Origin: Clostridia bacterium
Lineage (GTDB): Bacteria > Bacillota > Clostridia > TANB77 > CAG-508
DNA length: 64,000 nt
NCBI GenBank assembly: GCA_017479865.1
Contig: JAFVBS010000004.1
Location: 10,188-74,187, forward strand
Reading direction: 5' to 3'
The notes below the pieces were generated by a model. That model was not told where the DNA came from. It did no database searches and saw nothing but the letters and a program-made list of their open reading frames with translations. Shown piece by piece: positions 19,201 to 29,767 of this stretch. The translations under genes were made by a program, and so were the position numbers. Position 1 is the first letter of the stretch, and each line of letters begins with the position of its first letter.

Positions 19201-20175
19201 ATGATAATTTTTAATAATTTTGATGAAATGATAAAATCTCTTGAAACGGAAAAAGAGTTTTTAGAATATAACATAAAGTCACAAGAGAAAATCAAAAATA
19301 TTATTTTGCAATATATGCAAAATTTTGCATATTCAACCGATAATATAGATTTACAATTAGTTTCCTTTGTTTTAATCTTTTTAGAGAATTTAAAACTTTC
19401 ATTGAATTTGTGCAATGACAATATTTCAGCTTTAAACCACCACTTAAATAATCTGAATGACATTATCAATACATCAAGGCAAAGCAGTAATGAAATTATA
19501 AATGATAAGATTAACTCTTACATATTAGAATATTGTAAAGCGAATAAAATTGTTATGGAAAATACTATTAAAATAGAAGAATGTTTGTATTCTATCTCTG
19601 AAAAATCAGAACTTAAATTTAATGATTCTATAATACTTAATGATTTTCAAAGTAATCATCCAGAAATGCAACCTCAAAATATTTCTAATGAAGAGAATAA
19701 CAAAATTGAAGATATAAAAAGCGTACCGTCAAATGATTCTTCCTCTCACATAAAAAATAATAACTATGTAGAAAACACTCTAATAGTTTCTCAAACTTCA
19801 GGCAATGTTGTTTTACCATATCATGTATCGGAACTAAAAGAAATTTTAAAAGAAAATCCTCATAAATACTCTTCCATTGATGATATTATAATTAAGGATT
19901 ATACTTTGCCTATATCATTATTTAAAAATCCTTTTATATCTAGGTTTAGAGAATCTTTTAAATTGATGAAGAATAAAGAAAAAAGTTCTATTGCCAATAG
20001 TTTTGAACTTGGTGTTGAGCTTATGTTTAATTATAATTTGCATCCAGCAATTATTTCTGCTTGCAAAAATTTAGACGAATTGGACATATACTTAGACTAT
20101 TTAGAGAATGGGGAAACCAATAAATTTGATTGCTTTAAAATTGTATTTGAATTACCCCCTGCAATTGTCAAATAA
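19201..20175 (+). CDS. hypothetical protein; the only plus-strand gene inside the element
   Basis: I prefer the start at 19201 (MIIFNNFDEMIKSLE, RBS GAGGTG 9 nt upstream). The track start at 18967 overlaps the vWA gene. Asn/Ile-rich, no domain recognised. Confidence 0.55.
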   Translation: MIIFNNFDEMIKSLETEKEFLEYNIKSQEKIKNIILQYMQNFAYSTDNIDLQLVSFVLIFLENLKLSLNLCNDNISALNHHLNNLNDIINTSRQSSNEIINDKINSYILEYCKANKIVMENTIKIEECLYSISEKSELKFNDSIILNDFQSNHPEMQPQNISNEENNKIEDIKSVPSNDSSSHIKNNNYVENTLIVSQTSGNVVLPYHVSELKEILKENPHKYSSIDDIIIKDYTLPISLFKNPFISRFRESFKLMKNKEKSSIANSFELGVELMFNYNLHPAIISACKNLDELDIYLDYLENGETNKFDCFKIVFELPPAIVK

Positions 20176-20216
20176 TAAAAACGATATGGAGTTTTATTCC
20201 CATATCGTTTTTATTG

Positions 20217-23200
20217 TTACTTGTCTATCACTATAAAGTTTACAAAGCTCTCAGTTAGTTCATTTTCATATTTATCATATAATTTAAATACTATTCTATA
20301 TGTTCCTGCACTTATTCCTTTTGCAAAATTTACCTCTAGTTCTTGTGTTTCACTAGGATTTGCTATTTCAAACACTTCCACATTTGAAGATTTTACTTTT
20401 ATTTTCGCTGTATTGCTACTAGATTGATATTCAAATTCTCCTATTTTTTCTATTTTATCTATTTTTATTTTTGAATCTTTTAAGTTTCCTTCTTTATAAT
20501 TTAGTTTAATGGTTCTTTTTTTAGCGTCACTATTTTCTACTAGTTGAACCGTATCAACTGTTAAATCTTGGTTATTTATGACTTCCGCTTTTAGCCCATA
20601 ATTTGCATTTTGTTTAACATGTGTTATCATTGTAAAAGGTACTGTTGTTTTACATATATTTTTATTTTGTAAAGAACCATTTTTAGATAAAATTCCTTCC
20701 AATTTTAAAGTATATTCTCCCATGTCTAATCTGTTTTGTTCAAGCACATTTGACATATCTAATGTAATTTTAGCCACTTGAGTGATTTTTTGATTTGTTA
20801 AATTGTCTATTAACTTTATTAGTAAAACCCCATTGGATGCTTCATAATTGTCAGTATCATTTACTACTATTCTTGTACCGACCGGAATTTTTTGTTCTTT
20901 GTTATCCTTAATTAATTTCAATTTTGTATATAAAGCTGTGTTATCTTCAATATTTAAATCTACTACACCAGACAAATTTGCTGTTGCAATCACATCAACA
21001 ATACCACTATTTTCATATTCATTTTTATTTAAGCTTGCCTCGAGTGAATAGCTTCTTGTCTTTATTTCAATATTGTTTGCAGTATCTGTCTGTACATCTT
21101 CTAACCATACTCCAGCATCTGATACATTAATCATTGGATAATATACTCCAAGTGTCATAGCAGTATTTTCGAAGTTCACTATAAACCTAAAACTTTCATT
21201 TAATATATATTCTGATAGTCCATTTGTTTGGTTTTTTGTTTTTTGTACTTTCTCTGAGGTATCAAAATTAGTAATTTCATCATACTTTCGTCCTTCACTA
21301 TTTTTAAACTCTGTTAAGGCAATTTTTTGGGTTTCTTCATTTACTATGTATGAATAATATTTGCCATCATTTATTAACAATATTTCTGTTCCCGATGGTA
21401 TTGTTGCAAATGTTGTCTTATCTTTCTTTAATACAAACTCCCTTGTGATATTTTTATACTTATTTGGATTTTCTACATCTTGTGAAACCTCATATGCTAT
21501 GTCTATATTGGATGAAAATATTCCATCTTCTAATATAATTGCGCTATTACTATTGTCTATTGTTTTTAAATATTTTCTTCCTGCTATATTGGTTGAGCTT
21601 GACGTTATTGCACTTGTTATTGTAACATCTCCTGCTATATAGTAATAGGTATATTTGGTGCTTGTTTCTTCTGGCGATGCCTCTAAAATTACATATTTAC
21701 TATCTCCGCTTACTAGTGCTTGCTCTGTTGGTACACTTCCTGCCACCTTTAAATATGGTTTTTGTTGCCCACCTTTTATCTTATTTGCGCCATCTTCTTT
21801 ATCTAGTTTTGTATTTAAGACTAGTTTTGTTACTCCCGATATATCTCCTCCTACTGTTAAGCATACTAAGCTATCTAGGTATAACTCTCCTCCTCCTATA
21901 AAGTTTCCTGATATTTCTCCTTCTGCTGAGATTTTTAGTCCACTTCCATCTGGTATTTCTAAGTTTTCTATTGCTTTTATTCCTTCTAACTCTCCATTTG
22001 AGTTTTTATTTTCTAGTAGAACATAACTATTGTCGAACTTTACTGTTGTTGCTCTATCTATACCATTCATTGTTTTGTATCTTGCTGTTGTATTTCCGGT
22101 CCAATAATCTTTAAATATAACATCTACATCTTTTGCTACAGCTCCCAATTTGATTGACCCATAATTTTCTACATTGGCTTTCGTTCCCTTTATTGTTACT
22201 GTAGATGAGCCATTGACTGTTGTATAGTCTGATGCATCTCCATCATTATCACTATCATATCCTCGACCTCCACCATATGCCAAACCTGTTACTGTTACTG
22301 CTGTGTCTTCGCCATCTCCTATATTGACTATAGTATTTCCTGTAATATAGCTTTGATCTCCTCCTCCAAATACATTTTTAAATGTTCCTGTTGTAATATT
22401 AGTAGTTGCATCTCCTGTTACATATCCAGAATAGCCTCCACCAAAGGTCTCATCTATTTTGGAGCCTGATATATTTAATATTGTACTTCCTTCAACATTT
22501 CCAGAGTAGCCTCCTGCATATGCTTGTATTAATGTTGAATCTAATATCGTTATTGTTGTATCTTTTTCTATGTTTCCAGAATATCCTCCGCCAAAGATTT
22601 TATCTATTGTAGAGCCTGATATTTTTAGTGTTGTACTTCCTCCAACATTTCCAGAATAACCTCCTGCATATACTTTTGCAAGTGTTGAATTAGTACTAGT
22701 GATTATTGTATTTCCAATGATATTCCCTGAATATCCTCCACCGTATATATTGTTTGTAATAGTTTCATTTTCTATTGTTATAGTAGCATCTCCTTTTATA
22801 TCTGCTACATTTCCACCACCGTATACATTTCCACTAACTGTTCCGCCAGTTATTGTAATATTAGTACTAGTTACTTCTCCTTTATTTCCACCGCCATACA
22901 CATTAGCAAACGAACCTCCGCTAATATTTATGTTTGTATTTCCACTAACACTTGCAACTTTTCCATTGCTTCCTCCGAATATATTTTTCGCTGCTCCACC
23001 TTTAATATTTAAGGTGGTACTTCCATTTATTAATCCGAGCTTTGATATCGTTGATGAATAAATATATACTTTATCATCACTTTGTTTAAATTTAGAATTT
23101 ATTTCTTTTGCAAGCAAGAATGCATCATACTTGCCTTCTGCTGGTGCTAACTTCCACGCAGTTCCTTCTTCTCCTGCTGCTTCTAGAAATGTGCTTTTAT

Positions 23201-25586
23201 TTAAAACATGCTCTTCTTCCGAATTTGTCCAAACTAATTTAACTCCAGTGATTGTTGCTTCGATTGTAGATTGTAAGCCTTCGCCTCCCACATATATGTT
23301 TTCTGAGACTTTGGCACCTGTTTCCATATTTATTTGTATATTACCATTTACAGCACCATTTTTTCCGCCACCGCAAACGTCTTTCGTAATATTTGCTCCA
23401 TTTTTTAGATTTATTGTAATATTGCCATTTACAGTTGCATCGGAAACTGTATATTCTGAATAGCTTCTATAATAACTTACTAAATTTTCATCTGTTTTTT
23501 CTGGATATACCAAATCTGTATATATTGAGTCATACTTGCCTATTATTGTACCTCCATCCTTTACAGTATACTCTTTTACTATCATTCTGTTATCATTATT
23601 TTTGGTACTAGAATTTGTATAAGTTTTTCTATCGGTAGCATATATTGCATAATTTGTTCCATTATAAAAATATTTTCCATCACGTTGATATCTACTTAAA
23701 TCAGCCGTGCTATTTCCAACATAAAGCTGAACTGATCCTCCAGAGCCACCTCCATAAAGGTAATTGATAGTTCCCCCAGATATTGTTATGTCTATATTGG
23801 ATTTATTTTCTTCTGTTCCTATATAACCTCCAAGTCCTCCGCCAAACACATTGGTTACTACTCCGGATTTAATCTTTATGTCCAAATCTCCGTTGACAAG
23901 TGTAGCAACTTGGTTGCCTCCACCATAGAAGTTAGTGATTTTAGCACCATTAATGGTATAATTTAGATTAGCATTTATTTTGCTGATTACTCCTGTTGCA
24001 AAGGTACTATATCCTCCACCATAAACATTTGTTATTAAACGATTTGAATTTCCCTCCATTACTATATTTATTTCATTTGCTGTTATAGTATTGTTATAGG
24101 TAGGAGTAATCACTGAAGTTTTTACTTCATTAGTATATATTGTAATACTATTGGCAGTTAAATTGCCATTATAAATTCCATATATACTAGTTGAAATAAG
24201 ATTTTCTACATTCATATGAATATTGTTTATACTTCTTGTTCCACTATTTGTCATTCCATATATGTTATACCAATTTTGTCCCCTTAAAGTCACATATATA
24301 TTATCCATACTGTTTACTGCATATGTTTTTCCATCTTTTGTATAGCTCGCTGATGTTCCATATACATGAGTACAACCACCCATTCCATTTGTTAAAGCAG
24401 TATAGCTTCCCACTGCTATATTACTCCAATTTCCAGTATCCAATCCTGATAAATTTGAAGAAGTAGTTCTTTTGTACCCTGAAAAAGTGCTTTCTGATAC
24501 AAATCGCTTATTTACGGTTCCATAAAAAGATATATCGCCTGTTTGCCTAGCTCCTAAATAGTTATAATTTTCCCTGTACCCCATGCAACTGAAATCTTCT
24601 AGTACTACATTTGTGTAAAAGCGCAATTGTATGACTGCACCTGTATATGTTTTTCCATTATATGTACCTGCACCTCTTGTATTTTTTATGTACATACAGC
24701 CATTTACATAGCTATTATTTGTATTGGCCTTTCCTTCTACCTGTGTCCCGCTTCCTAAATTTTTTCCTGTTATTGTTACTAATCCCAAAATATTAAGGTT
24801 ATTTCCAAGGCTATATACTTTTGTTTCAGCCTTATTAGTAAATGTTGATGAATATGCTTGTCCTGCATCTGATACTTCTAAAGTTATATGATTTACTATT
24901 GAAACTTTTCCTCCGTTAGTATTTTTTAAAAGTTCATATGCTTTCTCTATTGTAGCAACTGGTTCATCTTTTGTTGCTCCACTGTTTGTATCATTTCCAT
25001 AAACTGTAGATGTATCCCAATTTATTTTTGCTGTGAGTATATCACCTTTTGAACCTTCTACGTTATATCCATAAACATTTTTTATGTCTACAAAGTTATA
25101 TTTATCCCTTACATAAACTATTTTTCCCCATAAAGCTTCAAATTCAATACTTGTAATAGTACGAGATACAAATGGCTCATCATTAAAATATATATAGTCA
25201 TTGTCCGGATAGGTATAAACATCTGTGATTTCTTCTCCATTTATAGACTTTAATTTCCACCCAGCAAATGTAGCTTCATAATTTGCCATTACATTATTTC
25301 CATTTGTATCTTTATAATTTCCTTGTATATCTTGATGAGTCCAATTATTGGTTTTCTCTGTTCCAAAATCTAACAGTAACATTCTTTTTGTATCTTGATT
25401 TACACTTGATGTTTTTGTTACCGCTGTTCCTTCTCCATTACCAGCACTATATGTTACTTCAATACTAGTTGGCATTTGTGCTTTTGTTTTTGGAAACAAT
25501 TTTTTTATGCCAATAATTGCCACTGTAATTACTAACATTCCTATCAATATCTTTAACAAAAAATATCGTCTTGTTCTTTGCAACAT
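20217..25586 (-). CDS. giant (1789 aa) membrane-anchored or secreted beta-helix repeat protein, putative adhesin or fibre component
   Basis: N-terminal TM. Dozens of roughly 20-25-aa G-rich repeats (NVYGGGN.G, IFGGGYSGNI, VYAGGYSGNV), including a 150-bp tandem duplication around 22420-22720. Confidence 0.85.
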   Translation of the reverse strand: MLQRTRRYFLLKILIGMLVITVAIIGIKKLFPKTKAQMPTSIEVTYSAGNGEGTAVTKTSSVNQDTKRMLLLDFGTEKTNNWTHQDIQGNYKDTNGNNVMANYEATFAGWKLKSINGEEITDVYTYPDNDYIYFNDEPFVSRTITSIEFEALWGKIVYVRDKYNFVDIKNVYGYNVEGSKGDILTAKINWDTSTVYGNDTNSGATKDEPVATIEKAYELLKNTNGGKVSIVNHITLEVSDAGQAYSSTFTNKAETKVYSLGNNLNILGLVTITGKNLGSGTQVEGKANTNNSYVNGCMYIKNTRGAGTYNGKTYTGAVIQLRFYTNVVLEDFSCMGYRENYNYLGARQTGDISFYGTVNKRFVSESTFSGYKRTTSSNLSGLDTGNWSNIAVGSYTALTNGMGGCTHVYGTSASYTKDGKTYAVNSMDNIYVTLRGQNWYNIYGMTNSGTRSINNIHMNVENLISTSIYGIYNGNLTANSITIYTNEVKTSVITPTYNNTITANEINIVMEGNSNRLITNVYGGGYSTFATGVISKINANLNYTINGAKITNFYGGGNQVATLVNGDLDIKIKSGVVTNVFGGGLGGYIGTEENKSNIDITISGGTINYLYGGGSGGSVQLYVGNSTADLSRYQRDGKYFYNGTNYAIYATDRKTYTNSSTKNNDNRMIVKEYTVKDGGTIIGKYDSIYTDLVYPEKTDENLVSYYRSYSEYTVSDATVNGNITINLKNGANITKDVCGGGKNGAVNGNIQINMETGAKVSENIYVGGEGLQSTIEATITGVKLVWTNSEEEHVLNKSTFLEAAGEEGTAWKLAPAEGKYDAFLLAKEINSKFKQSDDKVYIYSSTISKLGLINGSTTLNIKGGAAKNIFGGSNGKVASVSGNTNINISGGSFANVYGGGNKGEVTSTNITITGGTVSGNVYGGGNVADIKGDATITIENETITNNIYGGGYSGNIIGNTIITSTNSTLAKVYAGGYSGNVGGSTTLKISGSTIDKIFGGGYSGNIEKDTTITILDSTLIQAYAGGYSGNVEGSTILNISGSKIDETFGGGYSGYVTGDATTNITTGTFKNVFGGGDQSYITGNTIVNIGDGEDTAVTVTGLAYGGGRGYDSDNDGDASDYTTVNGSSTVTIKGTKANVENYGSIKLGAVAKDVDVIFKDYWTGNTTARYKTMNGIDRATTVKFDNSYVLLENKNSNGELEGIKAIENLEIPDGSGLKISAEGEISGNFIGGGELYLDSLVCLTVGGDISGVTKLVLNTKLDKEDGANKIKGGQQKPYLKVAGSVPTEQALVSGDSKYVILEASPEETSTKYTYYYIAGDVTITSAITSSSTNIAGRKYLKTIDNSNSAIILEDGIFSSNIDIAYEVSQDVENPNKYKNITREFVLKKDKTTFATIPSGTEILLINDGKYYSYIVNEETQKIALTEFKNSEGRKYDEITNFDTSEKVQKTKNQTNGLSEYILNESFRFIVNFENTAMTLGVYYPMINVSDAGVWLEDVQTDTANNIEIKTRSYSLEASLNKNEYENSGIVDVIATANLSGVVDLNIEDNTALYTKLKLIKDNKEQKIPVGTRIVVNDTDNYEASNGVLLIKLIDNLTNQKITQVAKITLDMSNVLEQNRLDMGEYTLKLEGILSKNGSLQNKNICKTTVPFTMITHVKQNANYGLKAEVINNQDLTVDTVQLVENSDAKKRTIKLNYKEGNLKDSKIKIDKIEKIGEFEYQSSSNTAKIKVKSSNVEVFEIANPSETQELEVNFAKGISAGTYRIVFKLYDKYENELTESFVNFIVIDK

Positions 25587-25620
25587 TTTTCACCTCTTTA
25601 CTTATGCCCTATTTTTTCTT

Positions 25621-26466
25621 TTAAGTTTCTAATATTATGTCTTTACCGAGCTCTATCGTTGTACTTTCTGATATTTTTATAAATAAAATTTCATAATTAT
25701 GATTAGTTTGTAACTTCTCTTTTGAAATTGAAAAAGAATTTTGTGTACCATTGGTTGTAATAGATGTACCATTTATCAAGCTGTTAGACTCATCTAATAT
25801 GAGCTTTGTATTGTCATATTTAACATTGATATTTGAATAAAGTTGATAATTAACTAAATTTAGTACTACGTAGTCACCATAATTAATGAAACTTGCTTTA
25901 TATTCTTTTGGTTTATTTACGATAAATTTTAAGGTGCAAGTTAATTCTTTTGTATATGGCTGAGTTGACTTTATAGTTAACTTAAGATTAAATTCTTGAT
26001 TTTCTTCTAATCTTGTTTTGGGTTGCACTTGCAATTCATATTCATTTTCTCTATTTTGTCCACCTTTTAGTGTTTGCTCCTCTCCTGATACTATCTCTTT
26101 GTTTGATGAATTATATATTTTTAAGTTTAGCAAATTTGTTGAATCAACATCAGTTACATTTATGTTATATGTAATATTTTCATTTGTGTATTGTAAGATA
26201 TCTATATAATTTTTTATACTAAAACCTATTTTTTTGGTTTCAATTCCATCCCAATCATTTATTGTATATTCTTTTGTACCATTTGCATCGGCTATTTTGC
26301 TTTCAAAGTAAAATTCGCTTGATTCCTGTACATGAGTATTTTTGGATCGTATTACGTATTTAGCAGCTGCTCTATATATTAAAAGCGCAAGCAAAATAAG
26401 CATTAAAATAAATAATGCAATGAATATCTTTTTATTTACTTTCATCTTATTTTTGGAAATTCTCAT
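25621..26466 (-). CDS. secreted or anchored protein of the fibre operon (281 aa)
   Basis: N-terminal TM followed by ..RAAAKYV.., analogous to the ..TYARYTS.. and ..SSRYESS.. motifs of the neighbouring paralogs. Confidence 0.6.
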   Translation of the reverse strand: MRISKNKMKVNKKIFIALFILMLILLALLIYRAAAKYVIRSKNTHVQESSEFYFESKIADANGTKEYTINDWDGIETKKIGFSIKNYIDILQYTNENITYNINVTDVDSTNLLNLKIYNSSNKEIVSGEEQTLKGGQNRENEYELQVQPKTRLEENQEFNLKLTIKSTQPYTKELTCTLKFIVNKPKEYKASFINYGDYVVLNLVNYQLYSNINVKYDNTKLILDESNSLINGTSITTNGTQNSFSISKEKLQTNHNYEILFIKISESTTIELGKDIILET

Positions 26467-26480
26467 AATATAATCTCCTT

Positions 26481-27017
26481 TTAATCTACCTGCTTGCTAT
26501 CTAACACCACTTGTACATAATCTATTGTTTTATTGTATTGATAACTTTTTTCTGTTTGTCTCCATTTTATTTTTAACATATATGTGTGTTCAATCTTTTC
26601 ATTAAGCCCCATCTTTATAAAATTAGTAATGCTTCCATTTCCACTTAATAAATTTGTATTTCCTAGTACTCCATCTTCATATTGGTATAGTTCAAATTCT
26701 AGTGGTAAATTTCCTAAACTTTTAATTTGTATAGCATATTCCATTGTGACCTCTGTTTGTTTTTCATCTTCTGTATTTGTAACTTTAAACACATATTCCT
26801 TTTCATCCGTATTAGGATTTATGCTTAAGTCTAATGTATTAGAAGAAAGGTTTATAACTGGAACTGCAACTTTAGCATTATCACTACTTGCTGTTGATGA
26901 TTCGTATCTAGATGATGTTAACACTGTTACTATCATTGTTGTAATGATGCTAAAAAGAATCAATTTGCTTACAGACAATTTTTTAGCTTTACTTCTTTTT
27001 CTTTCCTGCATTTCCAA
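26481..27017 (-). CDS. TasA/camelysin-like small secreted protein (178 aa)
   Basis: Signal anchor, then ..LTSSRYESSTASSDNAKVAV... Sits directly downstream of a SipW-type peptidase gene. Confidence 0.55.
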   Translation of the reverse strand: MEMQERKRSKAKKLSVSKLILFSIITTMIVTVLTSSRYESSTASSDNAKVAVPVINLSSNTLDLSINPNTDEKEYVFKVTNTEDEKQTEVTMEYAIQIKSLGNLPLEFELYQYEDGVLGNTNLLSGNGSITNFIKMGLNEKIEHTYMLKIKWRQTEKSYQYNKTIDYVQVVLDSKQVD

Positions 27018-27028
27018 TTCTCCTTTCC

Positions 27029-27628
27029 TTATTGATTCTTTTCTTTCTCGTAGGCTATCCTTTTCATTCTTCTTCTATTTTTTCTCTTTTTTATAACGCC
27101 ATTACGCGCTATATAAATATAAAATATTATCGCTATGGTTACAATTGATATTTTTCCTTGTAACATAAGTGCTATGTTGCCTATGAATGGTACTTTTTTT
27201 ATTACTTTTCCTTCTATTAATTCAAATCCAATTGTTCCACTATCTTCTGTGTTATTATTATCTCCTTTTGTTTTATACTGTACTTGTTCACCTTCTAAAA
27301 TAATTTCTGTAATTCTATGTGTTATAACACTTTGTCCTTGCCTATAAGATATAATGTCTCCTACTTGCAGTTTTTCTATTTTTGCACTTTTCACAATAAC
27401 AATATCACCTATATCTAGCTCTGGTTTCATACTTCCGGAAATAATTACATATGTTTTTATTCCAAACATACTTGGAGTTTCATTTGGATTTACTATTGCT
27501 TGTACTATTAGAGTTACATTGTATATTAGCAAAGGTACTAATAATATATATATTAGTACAATCATAAAATTTTTTATTTTTACCGTTCTTTCCTTTCGTT
27601 TCTTGATTGCCTCCTCTGTATAAAGCAT
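27029..27628 (-). CDS. sipW: signal peptidase I, SipW (ER/archaeal) type, copy 1
   Basis: ..ISGSMKPELDIGDIVIV.., ..VITHRITEI.., ..KTKGDNNNTEDS... Confidence 0.85.
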   Translation of the reverse strand: MLYTEEAIKKRKERTVKIKNFMIVLIYILLVPLLIYNVTLIVQAIVNPNETPSMFGIKTYVIISGSMKPELDIGDIVIVKSAKIEKLQVGDIISYRQGQSVITHRITEIILEGEQVQYKTKGDNNNTEDSGTIGFELIEGKVIKKVPFIGNIALMLQGKISIVTIAIIFYIYIARNGVIKKRKNRRRMKRIAYEKEKNQ

Positions 27629-27644
27629 TTATAAAAATCCTCTC

Positions 27645-28302
27645 CTATCTATGATACTCCCTTGCCTCTATTTCTAAGTTTAAGGTATAATATTGCTCTT
27701 CTTGAATGCCCACAGTAGTGTCTAACGCATCATTATCCTCCCAATACCATTCTAATGTATATATATTATTTGATCCTTTTAATACCGTAATTTCATTGAT
27801 GTCAAGCTCATTTATTCCTACATAATTTTTCTCAGTTCCTCGTACATAAACATTGTCTAATTTTAGTTTATATTTCATATTAACAAAAAGATTCATTTTG
27901 TCTGAAAATTTAATGTCATAAACTATATCTGTATCATTGTCATTTTTGATGCAAAAATGATATGTTCCGCTTTGATTTAGGGGCAATTATTTTTTCCCCT
28001 CCATATTCTGCATTATTAAATATATTTAATTTAGTATTTTTTGTTAACTCTATATCTCCTTGTGTTACTATTATCATGCTGGTTTTATTATCATTGTTTC
28101 CTGCATTTGTAGCAATTTCTTTTCCTCCATATCCTATTTTGCCCATTCTCCATCCCAACAAGCAGAACATTAATAATAAAATTATGATGATAATAATGAG
28201 TATTATTTTTGTTACTCGGTCTTTTCTTTTGCTTTTTTCTAATTCTGCTAGTCTTTCTTCAAAATGCTCATTTTCTTTTTCTCGTTCTGCTTTTGTTACC
28301 AT
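27645..28302 (-). CDS. membrane-anchored TasA-like paralog; needs a +1 shift at in-frame CGG 27969-27967
   Basis: ORFs 27940..28302 and 27645..27986 join as ..KIIAPKSK-GTYHFCIKNDND.., matching ..MIAPGTGGSFKIALEN.. in the 28435..29079 paralog. About 218 aa. Confidence 0.65.
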
Positions 28303-28434
28303 GGATTATCTCCTTTCTTTCGTTTTAGTCTCATATACTCACAAAAAAGACTTTTTTATTTTCTCTCTTTTGTCAATATATTGAAAATAAAAGCTCTATC
28401 TACTCTTTATAAATAGAGCTTTTATCTATTTTTA

Positions 28435-29079
28435 TTAGTCTACTTGTCTTGCTTCTATAGTAGCTTTTACTTGAACACTTGCAGCGCTTCCTTTAATTCC
28501 TAATGTTGTATCTGTTTCATCTGTTTGTGTTGTTTTATAATCTGTACTGTCACTTCCTTCGAAAGACCATCTCCAGTATACTGTTGTTGTATCAGCTTTT
28601 GCTCCTATTGCTATTTCTGTATAGTCCTGTGTTATAGATGAAATGTTTTTGCTCCAAGTTGAACCATCTTTTGAAAATTCTAACGGAATATTGTCCGTAT
28701 TTTTTTCAATTGTGTAAACAACTCTATATTCTGCAGTTACATCAGATGTATTCTCTAATGCTATTTTAAAGCTTCCTCCTGTACCAGGTGCTATCATAGA
28801 TCCGTCTTTGGTTTTAACATTTGCTTCTGCTGTAGTAGCATCTGCACCTTTTAATGTGCTGAATATATCAAATGTCATTCCTGTTTTTTCTGTCGTTCCT
28901 GCTATGTCTGTTCCGCCAACTTTGAAAGACCATTTAGCAACTGTTGCTGTATCTGTTCCACTTGCGGTAGATGTATATCTTGCATATGTTCCAGATACTA
29001 ATACTATCGCAACTATTGTGATTAATAATACAAAAGTTGTAAACTTAATTAAGCTATTGCTTTTCTTCATATGTTTCAC
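28435..29079 (-). CDS. TasA/camelysin-like secreted protein, probable major subunit (214 aa)
   Basis: Signal anchor, then ..LVSGTYARYTSTASGTDTATV.., resembling a SipW-cognate signal region. Thr/Ala-rich beta protein. Confidence 0.65.
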   Translation of the reverse strand: MKHMKKSNSLIKFTTFVLLITIVAIVLVSGTYARYTSTASGTDTATVAKWSFKVGGTDIAGTTEKTGMTFDIFSTLKGADATTAEANVKTKDGSMIAPGTGGSFKIALENTSDVTAEYRVVYTIEKNTDNIPLEFSKDGSTWSKNISSITQDYTEIAIGAKADTTTVYWRWSFEGSDSTDYKTTQTDETDTTLGIKGSAASVQVKATIEARQVD

Positions 29080-29170
29080 CTCCCTCTTTTGTTTCTTAAG
29101 TTAAATAATATTCTAGAATATTATTTTATAAAAAGCATAAATGCTTATTATAACTAGTTAAGATGAGTTT

Positions 29171-29767
29171 TTATTTTTTCATTAGCTCTTCGTTTTCTTT
29201 TCTTAATCTTGCAATTTCTTCTTCCATACTTTTTTGCTTATCGCCTTTTTCTTGCATATATTTCTTTTCTCTTCTACTATCTACTATTTGTATCAATATT
29301 AGCAAAATAAATGGAACTGACAAACAAGACACCATTCCTGCTGGTGTTTGTACAAACATTGCAAGATTTCCAAGTCTTGAAACCCTAAATTTAAATATTC
29401 CTTCTATTTGTTCTGGTAATACATAGCCATTGTCTTCTGTGTTATTATTATCCCCTTTGGTTATGTATTTGGTTTGTCCCTCTTCTTGTATAATATCATA
29501 TATTCTATGAGTTATCACTATATCATTGCTTTTAAATGCTATTATATCTCCTTTTTTTAGAGTAGATGTATCTTGTTCTTTTACTACAGCTAAATCCCCG
29601 GCATATATTTCTGTTTCCATTGAACCAGATAGCACTATAAATGGTTTCCATCCAAAGAAAGATGGTATTTCATCTGGATGAATAAATGAATTTATTAAAA
29701 TTACTCCATTTACAAATAATATTGGAATTAAAATTATTAAAACTATAATGCTAACTATTTTTTTCAT
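29171..29767 (-). CDS. sipW: signal peptidase I, SipW type, copy 2, with a C-terminal coiled-coil tail
   Basis: ..LSGSMETEIYAGDLAVV.., ..VITHRIYDI.., ..ITKGDNNNTEDN... Start chosen at MKKIVSII (29767), RBS GGAGAGA. Confidence 0.85.
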   Translation of the reverse strand: MKKIVSIIVLIILIPILFVNGVILINSFIHPDEIPSFFGWKPFIVLSGSMETEIYAGDLAVVKEQDTSTLKKGDIIAFKSNDIVITHRIYDIIQEEGQTKYITKGDNNNTEDNGYVLPEQIEGIFKFRVSRLGNLAMFVQTPAGMVSCLSVPFILLILIQIVDSRREKKYMQEKGDKQKSMEEEIARLRKENEELMKK

